From Spironucleus salmonicida (taxonomy: Eukaryota), in NCBI RefSeq assembly GCF_000497125.1, contig NC_090603.1:62001-126000 (forward strand): 64,000 bases of DNA. The letters run 5' to 3'. Positions 14,184 to 26,483 of this stretch are shown here, one piece after another. Within the stretch, counting starts at the first letter, position 1. The number at the start of each line of letters is the position of its first letter. Below the pieces are notes generated by a model that saw nothing but the letters and a program-made list of their open reading frames with translations, was not told the DNA's origin and searched no databases. Both the position numbers and the translations under genes were made by a program.

Positions 14184-15155
14184 TCATTCCACCAACTCCT
14201 AACCATCAACGAAAGCTTGAAAATCAAACAGATACCCAAACTGCTCTCTGTTTTAGACCGCCTGTGGGCTTCTGGAAACACGCAATTCGTCGACAATTTC
14301 GTAAACTCTTCGATTCCAATTCTAAATCAATTTTCCACTTCTTTTTTCTCTCAAAATTTCAAAACAGGCTGCGAAAGTCGCTGCTCTGCCAATTCCAGCA
14401 GAGCAATGGACGAGCAGTTTCTTGTTAAGAAATTGGCACGTCAAATCGTACATTTTCTGCAGTGGAATTATTGTGAAATCATCCCACGTCAGTAGTGCAT
14501 GCAGTAGAATATTTTTCTCATTAATTTTAATATTATATCTAAACTCTTCATTTTCTACATCCGAAATAAAATTTGATGTTATTATATTATTATTAATATT
14601 TATTTTCTCTCCGCTCCAAAAAACATCCTCTTCACAAATTTCAAAGTCTTTTTCTACGCCAAAAACCGGCTTTTTAGACTCCTTTTTACATATTTCCATT
14701 TTTTCGTACAATAGTGCTTAATCTTCGATCCATTTAGGCTCGTTTTCCGCTAGAGGCCACCACCTTTAGGCCTTCTAAATATTGTTTTCTGTGAATTTTG
14801 TAAGCATCAAAATTACGTCTGGTGAATTTTCTGATATAGTTTCCACGAAATTATTGAAGGATTTTGGCGCGCAGCCTACTATTATATCATTGTAAAGGTT
14901 TCCGTATGGAAGCGTTGATTCGTAGACTGATAGTTCTGGATAGCGTTCTTTCGGGTTGCTCTGGATCAGATTCTGGCGATTTTTTTATAAAGTGTGCATG
15001 TAGGTATCAAAAAGGAGCAAAAACTCGTCTTTCGAAGTCGGCGATGGCCTAGGGTACTAAGGTTTTAGTAAAGATCTTGGGGAGAGTTCCGGCAGTGGAA
15101 ACTTATCCGGCAACAACGCTGGAAGCCTTAGTCGGTTTAGAGGAGATTTATTCAT
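14184..15155 (-). CDS. Classical protein-tyrosine phosphatase (~323 aa)
   Basis: VILMLTKFTE...WWP, WDD in place of the WPD loop, catalytic VHCSAGIGRAATF, Q-loop AVQNREQF (first Q is a TAA codon). Confidence 0.92.
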
Positions 15156-15887
15156 TCTATTGATGAGAAGTGAAGCGGAATATATAAATAAGTTATTATA
15201 TGAAATTATAATAATTTAATAAAAAGTATCTCAGTGATTTGAACATTGTTTTTTATATTTTTAGAGCTTCATGAGGGTTATTGAAGTAAACATTATAAAT
15301 GAGAATGCTATGGTGAAGAGCAAAATATATCTCTGATCTGTGTTAACATAGTTGAACATTTATGTAGGTTAGTATAATACACGAATTGTAAAGTCAAACT
15401 TTCCGTTATAAAAATCCTGCTGCTAAATGAAAAAATTAGACTGTTATAATAGTAACATATAATATTTATATTAATGAAAGGGTGTATTTGACAATTATTA
15501 TAATTATCTAGAAAGTTATATTTTTAAGTTTCTAAATTTGTAAACTTAATTTTAATCATATGTATTGAATATATTTCTAGAAATTCGATTTATTTAAATA
15601 ACTCATAAAGATTTTAAAAGTTGAATTTCAGTTATTTTATGTTATATATTTAAGTATAGACTTTTAAAATTTATATTATAAATATACTAAATATTTTATA
15701 TTGTTAGCATAATATATTTTTTCTACTTAGATAACAAAAGCTTTATATTATTTTCAACAATTTAACCTAAATGCAAGATACACAATTAGTTAAAATTGTA
15801 ATAACTGTACTTTTAAAAAAGTTATATTTATCAATATTTATTTTACTATTCATCTTATTTACAACAAGTACTTTTAATTAAAAAAAT

Positions 15888-15961
15888 AGCCAATATTGGG
15901 ATTTGAACCCAAGACCTCGACATTACTAGTGTCGCGCTCTAACCAACTGAGCTATACCGGC
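15888..15961 (-). tRNA. tRNA-Thr(AGT)
   Basis: GCCGGTA TAGCTCAGTTGGTTAGAGC, anticodon arm CGACA-CTAGTAA-TGTCG, GGTTCAAATCC. Confidence 0.93.
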
Positions 15962-17663
15962 GTATAAACATATCACTCTAACTTCAACTATTAAAAATAT
16001 ATTTACTTACATCGTTGCCTATAACTTTTATTGTTCTAATAAGCTGAAACTTATTTCTCTATTATCGGCCGTTTATATCTGCTGAAACTATCAACCAAAC
16101 TCTCGCGCAAAACTAAGTTTTAGTTCATATAGAATCTGTTCATTTTGAAAATGATAAACTACTACAACTTTATATAATATAAATTATTTTAATCTAAACC
16201 ATCTAGTTATTACTATAATTTATAAATTACCCGTTAATGTAGCTATTATTCACCAATCTAAGCTAACTCAATAAGTAATATCTTGACACCTTTCTCATGT
16301 TTCTCCCAAATTCAGTAAAATTTCAACACAGTGTATTATTCCCAATCCTTTTTAATAATATACAATTATTATATATTGATAAACTAACTTAAAAACAAAA
16401 ATCCTTCTCTTCGATTCTTAACTTTTAATCTAGTAAATTTTTCAGGTGCAGCTTAGTAGGATTTGATATCTAAACTAATTCGACTGCAAAATATGATGTT
16501 TTTGATGTTTCCTGTAAATGGTATCAGCGAGTTCTTTGCGTGAGAGAAGGCGGATTGTGGAAATTTGGCTTTAGGATGTACGGGTTCTAAAAATATATTT
16601 GTATAAATTTAAATTTATATATTACTATTTAGTATATAATACTATAAATTTATATAAAATACTTCTTGTTGCTTATAAAGCAATCTAAAAACACTGTTTT
16701 TACATCTTTTAAATAACTAGAAAACTATAGTTATTATTCTCATGTTGTAACGAATTCTACATAATCCTAACTGAAAAATTCTCAGCAGTTCTAGAACTTC
16801 TTAAATAATTATATTCTACAGGCTTAAATCTTGTAACTCACGTTTATAAATTTTATAACATTGGTTTAGATAATAATGTGATGTATGTTGTCTCTGCATG
16901 CAACTAATCGAAGTGTACATCCAGTTGATAGATTTTCAATGTGGTAATTAACGGTTCTGGCTTAAAAAATATACATTGTATTAATATATAATAATGCGTA
17001 TAAATGAGAAAAAATAAATGTATATAAAAGTATATTATATATTATTATATAATAACAGTAATATAATTAAAACGTGAATAAAGTAAATAAAACTGTTGTA
17101 GGTAACGGATATGTTTATTTTTAGTAGTAATGCTGACTTTTAGACTTTAATATTAATCATTAAAAGTAGTGTTTTATGCTAGTAATACAGCAAATTGCTG
17201 CTTTCCTGGGCGAGTTTGATTATATTTTGATGCTCTATAGAAACATTTCAACGCTTCAATTTTATTGGATAGCTGAATTTTATAAATTAGTGTGTATATA
17301 ATAGTAAATAATATTCCCTATAATGAAATCTCAAAACTCTATTTTAGGGGTTTGAATGTATTATGGAAAGTGAAATTATAATAATTAGTTGTATACTTTT
17401 TATATCTTTGAATTAATTATATTTTATGTATAATATTATATGTTGTAGATAATTCTAAATAGGATTATCAGCTTATTTTGTGTGATTATTATAGTTCCAA
17501 ATTTGAATATATATATTCTAAATTTGACTTTATTATTTTATAATTCTAAGATTTTATTTTTAATAATATTATTTTAGCCGATATTCGAAATATCCTTAAA
17601 ACTTTAAAAACATAAATAATGTGCTTCATTAATAATATATAATCTAAGTACAATGTATTTAAA

Positions 17664-20600
17664 ATGATCTTAATTTATGGACTAATTTTTTTGTCATCTG
17701 TTGACGATTTTAATCAGCTCAATAAGCTACCAGGTGAAAGTTTTATTCTATAAAAGGATATTTCAATTCAGATTTCGAAAGAATCCCTAGTAAATTAATT
17801 CAGCGGAGCCTTATCTGGCGCCAGACGTAATATTAAGTTCACTAATATGAAAGGAGGTTATTTATTCATCGAATCCTTATCAGGATCGATTAGTAACATA
17901 TTTATTCTAGTAGAATCAGATTTAGAGAACTCGTTTATGCTAATTTAAAAGTTACAGGGAGCTTTAATTTATGATTGTTAATTTCGAATCCAAAGCGATT
18001 AAATAAACCATAACGCCGATATTACCTATTTTGAGTCAATAGTAAACTCGCAATTCTTAAGATGCAAGTATACGTGCTCCTGCCATACTATTGTTAATAA
18101 ATATAAAGTATTCGGGATTTCAAGCACAATAGATAGTCTTACGGCGAAGTCCTTAGAAGTAGAATTGCTTATTACCAACGCTGTATAAGTCATTGGTCTC
18201 TGCAAAATACTAAACTCCTAATTCCCTGTTTCCGTTAGTTTTAATGTTTTTGATATCGAAGAATTGTACGGGATAGCAATTTCGAGCCCAGTAGCCTTAA
18301 AAGACATACAAATTAGCATTTCTGGCAGAGAAACTGGTTTAGTTTACGGTATTGCAGAAGCTGTCGTAGGTTTATCATAGTCTTAACTTTATATTCAAAT
18401 GTCGTACAATAAGCCTGCCTCGGCCGCGTAAGTTTTTGGAATTTGTAGATAAATGTAGGGAAACTTAAAGTAGCTCTAAATTTCAATAAGCATTGCCTCA
18501 TTTTCTATTACCTAAGCAAAAATTCATTAACTAGCGTATGATATTAAAGAAAAATCTTAAATTTCTAACATTGCTATTCAATCATATTATTCTGCATTGT
18601 AAAATCCATTGTAAGTCATTTTATTATCAGAAAGTAATGCATAGAATATTAAAATACTTTTTATTTCCATTAACGCGACAATTAAATTGGACTAATGTAA
18701 ATTATTTAAAGTTGTATACTTTAACGGTGATCTAGAGAATGTTTAACTATCAATGGCCAATTTTAATTTGACAATAAGTGGTGGATCCAAAGGCATGGTT
18801 CAAAGCTTGGGTATTGGCTAAAAAATTATAGATAGTTAATTTACAAATATATCACTAATATAGGATATACATTTATCAGAGTTGTTATCAGTGATTTAGT
18901 ATTATCCAGTAGGATAATAAGTAAATAACCTTTAAATTGCCAATGCCTCATTTCGTAATTCTATATTTATAGACTATGGGGTAGAAACTGAAAAAAGCTA
19001 CATACATGGGGTTGCTAAAGCTATTATCAGGAGTTAATTATAGAATATTATTGTTTAAAACTTAATTTAAATAAGAAACTTACCCATCAATGAATTTTAA
19101 GGCCTATCGGACAGCATTAATGAAATACACGTTAGTTTTTTGGTACTTTGTGGATCTGTAAGTATCGCAGAAAAAACATCTATAAGTGGAATTTCAAAAA
19201 CCGGATAGAATTCAGAATTTAATGATGTCTTAATAAACTTCCTAATAAATAGCCCATAAAGTTCAAGCTGTAATATACTATTCGAAAACGCAGTAAGTAA
19301 TACACTAACAAATATAGTTGATTAGATATTTTCAACTCGGTGTGCAGGTGAATCCACTTATACATCAGATACCAGTAATACAATGACTAATATTTTCATA
19401 ATGAGTGGCACAGGAAAGTAGAATGTAGTATATACAGTAAGTTAATCCAAAATGAGTTCCAGTAGTGATATGGCTGTACTTCTAGCTTCCAATAATTGGG
19501 TTATCGATACTACTAATAATAAAATGATACACTTGAAGAACTTTTTTACAGTAAGTAGTTCTGGGGACGTGGAAGATGTGGTTGCAGAAATCCCTCCATT
19601 CACACAATAACGCATAGCAATCTCTTCAATAATCAATATCAAAAACCCAGAAAACCTGTGCTTTGATAGATGTTAAGGGATTTTCGACGGCAACTCTTTA
19701 ATCTGCAATGTAGAATTTTCTGGCTAATTATGCCAAGAATTCGTCTGTCCTATAGACTTCTGCAAAGATGGAGCAAAATGCCACTAATCAAACGGCTGTG
19801 AGTGTCCGTAGGGCAAGACTGGAACCTAGTGCGAAATCGATAATTGCGAGTTTTGTTTCGGTGGACCTAATAAATGTGAGGAAATATAGAATGTTTTGAC
19901 ATGTAAAAACGACCAATCAGCCAACTGTTACCACGGTAAGGTTACCAATAATTTATGCGTTTGTTCCAGCGGTTATGAAAGCATTAACACTATTTGCGAT
20001 ACTTTCGAATGCAAGAACTCCTTAGATTGCAATGATGGTTTGTGCATAAATGGGTTGTGTCACTGCTTTAGTATGTTCGGTGGGATTAGTTGCCAATTTT
20101 GCAATATTCGAGGGCAGTTAGGATGCAAAACCACCTGCTTGAAAGATAGCTGTGCAAATGGTGCTGGCTGTGTTTATCTAAGTGGCGCAGCTGGGGACTG
20201 GGAATGCTCTGTCTGCGATTTCGGATGGAAGGCACCGTTTTGCAGCGAGTGTATAGATGGATTTCGAAAAGATGGAAACACTTGCATAAAGAAGTGTGAC
20301 GAATGCCTCGCTGGTGACTGTTATTTTACTGAGCTGTGCACAGGCCCTGTAGAAGATTGCGACATAAAATGCTTTTCCTGTAATCTAGGTATTCTTGGGA
20401 TAAAATGCGATATGTGTCCTGCGGGGGAACATATTTACTAGTATAAATGTTACGCGCTAGAAGACGAAAAGGTGACGAATGGGGTCTGTATAAAGGTTGG
20501 GGGAAGCCTTATTTGCTTATCGTGCTCACAAAATTATATCTTGATAAATGACTTGTGTGTATTTTAGTGCCTGCCAAGCAATTGTATAAATGGCGACTGC

Positions 20601-23600
20601 TAGCCTGATTAAACTTGTGTATGTAGAAGATATGCCCTGGGAAAATATTGCGACTCATGCTAGCCAGGTACTGGTAGCTTTTTGGGGCAATGTCTTGTGT
20701 TATGTAATACATGTAATGGTGACTGCTACTACGAAAATGATGAGATTATATGTTCTTCATGTAATGATAACTTTTAAGGCCCACCATGTTAAGGCTGCTG
20801 GGAAGGGTACATAAATATAGGTGCATAATGTCTAGAGATTTGCTAAAAGTGTCACGGCGATAGATGTTATATAGACGAAATTGGTAATTATAAATGTTTA
20901 GGATTTTGTGATGAAGGATATATTTCAGATGGATGCTTTACGTGTGACACTATAAACGGGTACGAAAATGCACTAGATGGATGCTATAAACCGTGTAATA
21001 CCTGTCCAGAAGGTACTTGTTTCCATACTTTCTAGGGCATTCTCTGCTCTAGTTGCAACGGAGGGCTTACTGGTCAACAATGCAATATTTGTTTGGAAGG
21101 GTTTGTTTTTGCCAAAAGCTCTTGTCGCAAGTAAGTAACCGAAGATGATTGTTATCTGGACAGTACAGGAACTGTTGTATGTGTTTCTTGTATACCAGGA
21201 AAGATATTAGTAAACTAAAAATGCATGATAAGGTGTGTTCTCCCGGAATGCGCAGGCGAATGCTTCCAAGATGGTCTGTCGTACTTCTGCGATAGTTGTC
21301 ATCCATAGTTCATTCACCATGAAAGAAAGTGCTACCCACAAGTAATTAATCCTAATGGGTTGTGTTTTTAATTAAATAATGTACTTATTTGTGATTGCTA
21401 TCGGGGCTACACTGGACCTACGTGCGGTGAGTGCAAGGAACTAGAGCAAGATGGCAGTTGTTATTATCGAAATGATATTTCTACTGGGATATGCTACAAT
21501 AATGCAGCTATTCCGTTAGATACTTTCTGTAAAGAATGTTAATATAACTATGCAATGCCTTTGTGTGTAAACTGCGCATGGGGGTACGATCTTGATGTAA
21601 AAAATTAGTGTAGTCTTTGTGATGTGGGATTCATCAGCTCCAACACTCTTCCTCCTAATGAAAAGGCACTAATAGGAGCTGATAAGTGTCTGATGAAGTG
21701 TTAAAGCTGTATTTAAGGCAACTGCTTCTACACTGCTGATACCATTTAATGTGTGGCGTGTTAGGTGGGGTACAATATTGCTGGTAACTGCTTTTAGTGC
21801 TAGCATGAGTTCGTAATATATGGGAGATATTGTTTGAGAGCCGAATCAGATTCCTGCGGCAAAGAAAATAGTGGAGAGGATTACTGCCATACCTGTGGGC
21901 CATTACACGAATCGTTCAACTGCTCTAAATGTTCCGTAGAGGATACCTTTGGAACAGAATGCAAATAGCACGCCGTAATTTTCCCTGGAGACTGCTACTA
22001 AGATGCGTCAATAGCCACTTGCACAGACCGCACATGTCTCAGCTACGATTTAAGCTAACACCAGTGTATTATATGCCAACCCGATAGGTAGAATATTCTT
22101 GGTCAGTGTGCCAAAAACACTATCCCACAAAATGACATATTCCGCGGTAGCTGCGTTAGTATTCAAGATACATTTTAGTGCTAAGCATGCTAAGTTGGCT
22201 GGTCCGGAGTTTTTTGCTAGAACTGTGCTAAAGGTTTTATCACTTGTGAATGCGGGACAGAATCTTTTAAACGCTGTTGCTGCCCTCTGCTAACAGACGA
22301 AAACGGTGTATGCTTCAGAAGCTAATTAGGCGAGGTTTTGTGCTATTACTGTGGGTCTAATTACAAGCTGGTATCTCAGAAATGCATTAAACTAGAGTCT
22401 GGAACTGGTCGGTTGCTGCTCATGATAATACTTCCTATGGTAGTTTGTTTTTTCTTGCTTCTTATTCTGGTATTTGCGTTAAATATATCAAGAAGCAAAA
22501 AAAGAAGGATAAAAGCTTATATTAGACGGAGAACTAAGTGTATTGGACCTCACCTATTATTCGTACTTCTCTCACAGGCTCTTGCCATAATTATAGCCAT
22601 TTAGGACGTATATATAGACAATTTCTTTATGCAAATTTCAGTCAACATATTTTCAATGATACCATTCATTCTTATGTTATTCTTGTTCGCAGCGCCTACA
22701 TATACTCGTTTCTTTTATAATCTGCCGTCTCACTTTTTCCTGTTCATTCTGTCGGCTATGCTTGAACTATCTTTTCATTTCGTATAGTATCAAGCCGTGA
22801 CAGAGGTATCGTAGGATTTTGGGGAACAAATTTATAAGCTAGCAAGTCCCCTTGTAACGTTATTTATGTGCATATTTTTAGCTGGATTCCGATTCAAATC
22901 ACAATAAAAATTAGCAGTATTCATTGCTATCGCACTGCCAATTTTTGCCTAGGTGATGTATGCCATATAAGATTCTTAGGCTTCTGGATACTTCTCTGAA
23001 TCTTCAGCCTGGAACATTATTTTTGGTTAGATGATGGTAAATCTGGCTATTCTGCTTAACGGCGCTCAATTTTATCTATTTGATCTTATTCTAGGGAAAT
23101 ATGGGGAGATTGGAGCAATTGGTCGATTATCGTTAGCATCATTTTTATTGAATACTACCGTGGGATTGCTAAACCCGGGGGAAATTATAAATTCTATACG
23201 ACAATATGACATCTTTTTCTCAAGTTTGTGCACGTAAATTTTCTTTAACGTGATAAATGTTGTGGTTATGATGCATATCTCGGCAGTAGAATTTGGTATC
23301 AATCTAATTTCGTCAGCAATTTGGGCATAGTTTATTACTGCTGTTGGCGATTACTAAATCGCTAGAAACAATAGCTATACAATATCGCCGCTGGCTATTA
23401 TATTATAATCTATAGCGCTAGTTATTGTATTCTTCAGCTTACTGTATTTTAACATTCGAGGCTCCTACTGGCATCACCGTGATAATACAAAACTATCTGA
23501 AGGTCCTGTAGTAATAACTGGAGTTAAAGCATACTTTGAAGCGCGTAAAGACCATAAGTAATTCCTAACTGGTGTAACTAGAAATAAATTATATGAAAAA

Positions 23601-23921
23601 TTTATCCCAACTACTAATAATTAATTACTAAAAGATATGTAGATTAACTTAACAACAATGAAACATAGAAACGAGTATGCTAGTACAGATTAATTATTAC
23701 CATAAACTATACCTAAAAGTACAGAAGATTATATAAACTATACCCCAAGAAGTTAAGTATTGTATATCAAATAATATAATAACTAAATTACAAAGCTCCC
23801 GACAAAGACACTTAATATTCAAATACCTTAACTTTAATTAGCAACTGAGAATATTTTATAAGTTTAAGTTAGACTTGACACAAAATTAAACAATATTTAA
23901 GATATTCAAACTCCTAAGTGA
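17664..23921 (+). CDS. ~2085-aa membrane protein: signal peptide, Cys-poor ectodomain, EGF/laminin-like Cys-rich repeats, TM, SLC35F/DMT-like multi-TM domain, cytoplasmic tail
   Basis: One frame from ATG 17664 (MILIYGLIFLSS) to AAG TGA, containing ORFs 19896-20441, 22338-22604 and 23031-23237. EGF motifs (CECPQGKTGTQCE, CVCSSGYE, CHCFSMFGGISC). About 10-11 hydrophobic segments at 22410-23455. Confidence 0.88.
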
Positions 23922-24541
23922 ACATTATAAAATTTTTATATGTTAGAGTATGATTATAAAGTAAAAGAATATATACTTTAAAGGCATCTAACTTAGAATA
24001 CTATCGTTAAAGTGAGATATTTACTAGTGTTAACGTTATGTTCTCAAAAAAAGCAAGTTTATTTAAGCAATATAAAATTTGCATACTAATTATACTTTCT
24101 GTTAGACGAAATATATATATATATATATATTTCTATAAAATAACAATTGATAACCACTGAAACTATAAAATTTTATCATTGTTAATATTACATACGAAAA
24201 TTTATAATAATGAAGAAAATTTTCATGAAATCAATATAAACTATAATAACTTAGGAAAATACTTAATTAAATACAGTGACAATTATGACCTCTAATAATA
24301 TAAATAACGTTCATGAGATCATTCTCATAAATGTTTATTTCTACGTCCAAAATACGAATAATAACATCCATTATTACGAAACTGGAGAGCCTGAGTTTCA
24401 CCGTAATCACATTTTGGATTTATTTTAATCATCTATGCACATTATTATATATTAGTATATAAGCAAATATATGATCTGCTAATTTGAGCTTGGCCCTTTA
24501 GTCGATTTTGCACTTCTTTTTCAATTTTTCGCTCCCTCGTC

Positions 24542-25093
24542 ATGGTATTGAAGAACCTCTGTACCATTACTATCCCCGAGGGCGTCAAGTGCGAGCTTGT
24601 TGGCAAGAAGGTGACCATAACTGGTCCCCGCGGTACCTTGTTCCGCGACTTTGCCCACACCCACTGTGAACTTGAGATGGTAGGTGCCGAAGTTCTCGTA
24701 ACTGTATGGTTCCCCAGAGGCTAATAGAAGTCTCTTCCCAGAACCATCACAGCCCATATCCAGAACCTGATCACTGGTGTGACCAAGGGTTATCTCTACA
24801 AGATGAGACTCGCCTATGCCCATTTCCCCATCTCTGTCAACATTGTTGACAACGGTGCTACTATTGAGATCCGTAATTTCCTCCGTGAATAGGAAGTCCG
24901 TAGAATAACTGCTCAGCCTGGTGTCAAGATCGAAATCTCTAAGGAGATCAAGGATGAGCTTATCATCACCGGTAACGACGTTGAATTCGTTTCGATGTTC
25001 TGCGCCCAGATCCATGAATCGGTCAAGATCCGCCATAAAGATCTTAGAAAGTTCCTTGACGGAATCTATGTATCCCACAGAGGTACCCAGTGA
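24542..25093 (+). CDS. RPL9: 60S ribosomal protein L9 (uL6)
   Basis: [58 protein letters not shown]; internal TAA/TAG read as Gln; ends CAG TGA. Confidence 0.97.
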
Positions 25094-26340
25094 TATTAAT
25101 CTTTGATCATACTTTCGTATTGATCTCAGGAGTGAAACCGTGTTAAACTCAATATTAAGATTAAGTCAAGTATAATTATTGAAAGCATTTAGTATTCTTT
25201 GGATAGTATTAAACGAATCTTTTGGTCGCATGCCCGAAATAAAACTCAAGCCACAAGCGTCGCATAAATGAAATGATTTTTTAAATACATGAAACTCATC
25301 ATATTTAGGAAGGGTAATATAAAGTAGGCTTGCTTATTTTCAAAAATATGTAGATTATAATAATTATATAATATAAGTATAACATTTTTATTTGATTTTA
25401 TTTGAGTTCATTTTACGGATGTGGAAAACTACTTCTTAGGTGTAAGTAAAATATATTTAAGAGCAAAGAATTTGACTATAGTATAATAAGTTAAACACTA
25501 AATGACGACAAAATTCCATACTTTGCTGTTTATTTAAGTTTTATTAAGTTCATTTATTCGTAAAGCAGTACGAGCAATATTAGGTCATAAAGTAAGTTTA
25601 CTCAATAGAAAATGGTTTTACAGTAGTAATTACTATATGTCACTTATCTTTGCCTAATTCTTAAATGTGCAAAGTTTGCTGACAGAACTTAGCTAAGAGT
25701 ATTTTATAATAATTACTCAACAATATTACTTTGCACAACTCAATAACCTTCAAACCTGTACCTTGTATTACTTTATAGGAGTAGAAATTGCTAAAAGCTA
25801 AGTGATAAAACTACTTATTACTAGAATATTTAAATAAGTTAATTTGTACTGTATTAAATATTGCTTGCTAGTAGAAGAATAGTTAGGAATTGAAATACGA
25901 ATATAAGAAAATTTTAGTTGTAAGCTAAGACGACTTATACATATTAGATTCTATAGGATCCACTATAGCAAATCTTAGATATAACATAGTAGACCGCATA
26001 TATTCAACTAGATATTATTATTTCTCTAAAATGATTGTACTCTTGATTTCTCCTGCCAAGCAGACTCGCCGAGTATGGTTCTGACCCCAGATTGGAACGC
26101 GATTATTCCGTCCCCATCCCTAAATAGCAGCGTAGTAACAACGAGGTGGTAAGCTGCAAGGCCCAGCCCACTAGGCAGCACGGACAAAGTCAAAGTTGGC
26201 GAACTTATGCGCAGACCAAACTTTTAGTTCTATAGTGCAATTGCTCCATACAGCGCCAACCAGTCTCTGCGGATGCCCATTCCTCAAAGGATGCTGCCAA
26301 CTTTGGGCTGGCATCATATACGATTAAGCTCGAGTGAGAT

Positions 26341-26483
26341 TTTAGTTTGCAGTGGTACTGTGGTCAGCATGTAACCGCGGGAGCAATCATAGGGAAGGAA
26401 TTTCGGGCGCAGAGGTCTAGCTCAGCACGCGCGAAAATGTTAACCCGCAATGCAATCGCCCAAACTACAAGACGCCCCCAGCA
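26341..26483 (+). repeat. ~143-bp dispersed repeat, copy 1 (copy 2 at 49516-49658)
   Basis: Shared core CTAGCTCAGCACGCGCGAAAATGTTAACCCGCAATGCAATCGCCCAAACTACAAGACGCCCCCAGCA; the 5' part is more diverged. Confidence 0.9.

Noticed and set aside
14157-14186. Readthrough of the PTP stop to a second in-frame TGA
   Set aside because: Only 8 codons, the domain is already complete, and the downstream AGTGA is better explained as a polyA signal.
24521-25078. 185-aa minus-strand ORF
   Set aside because: Antisense shadow of RPL9.
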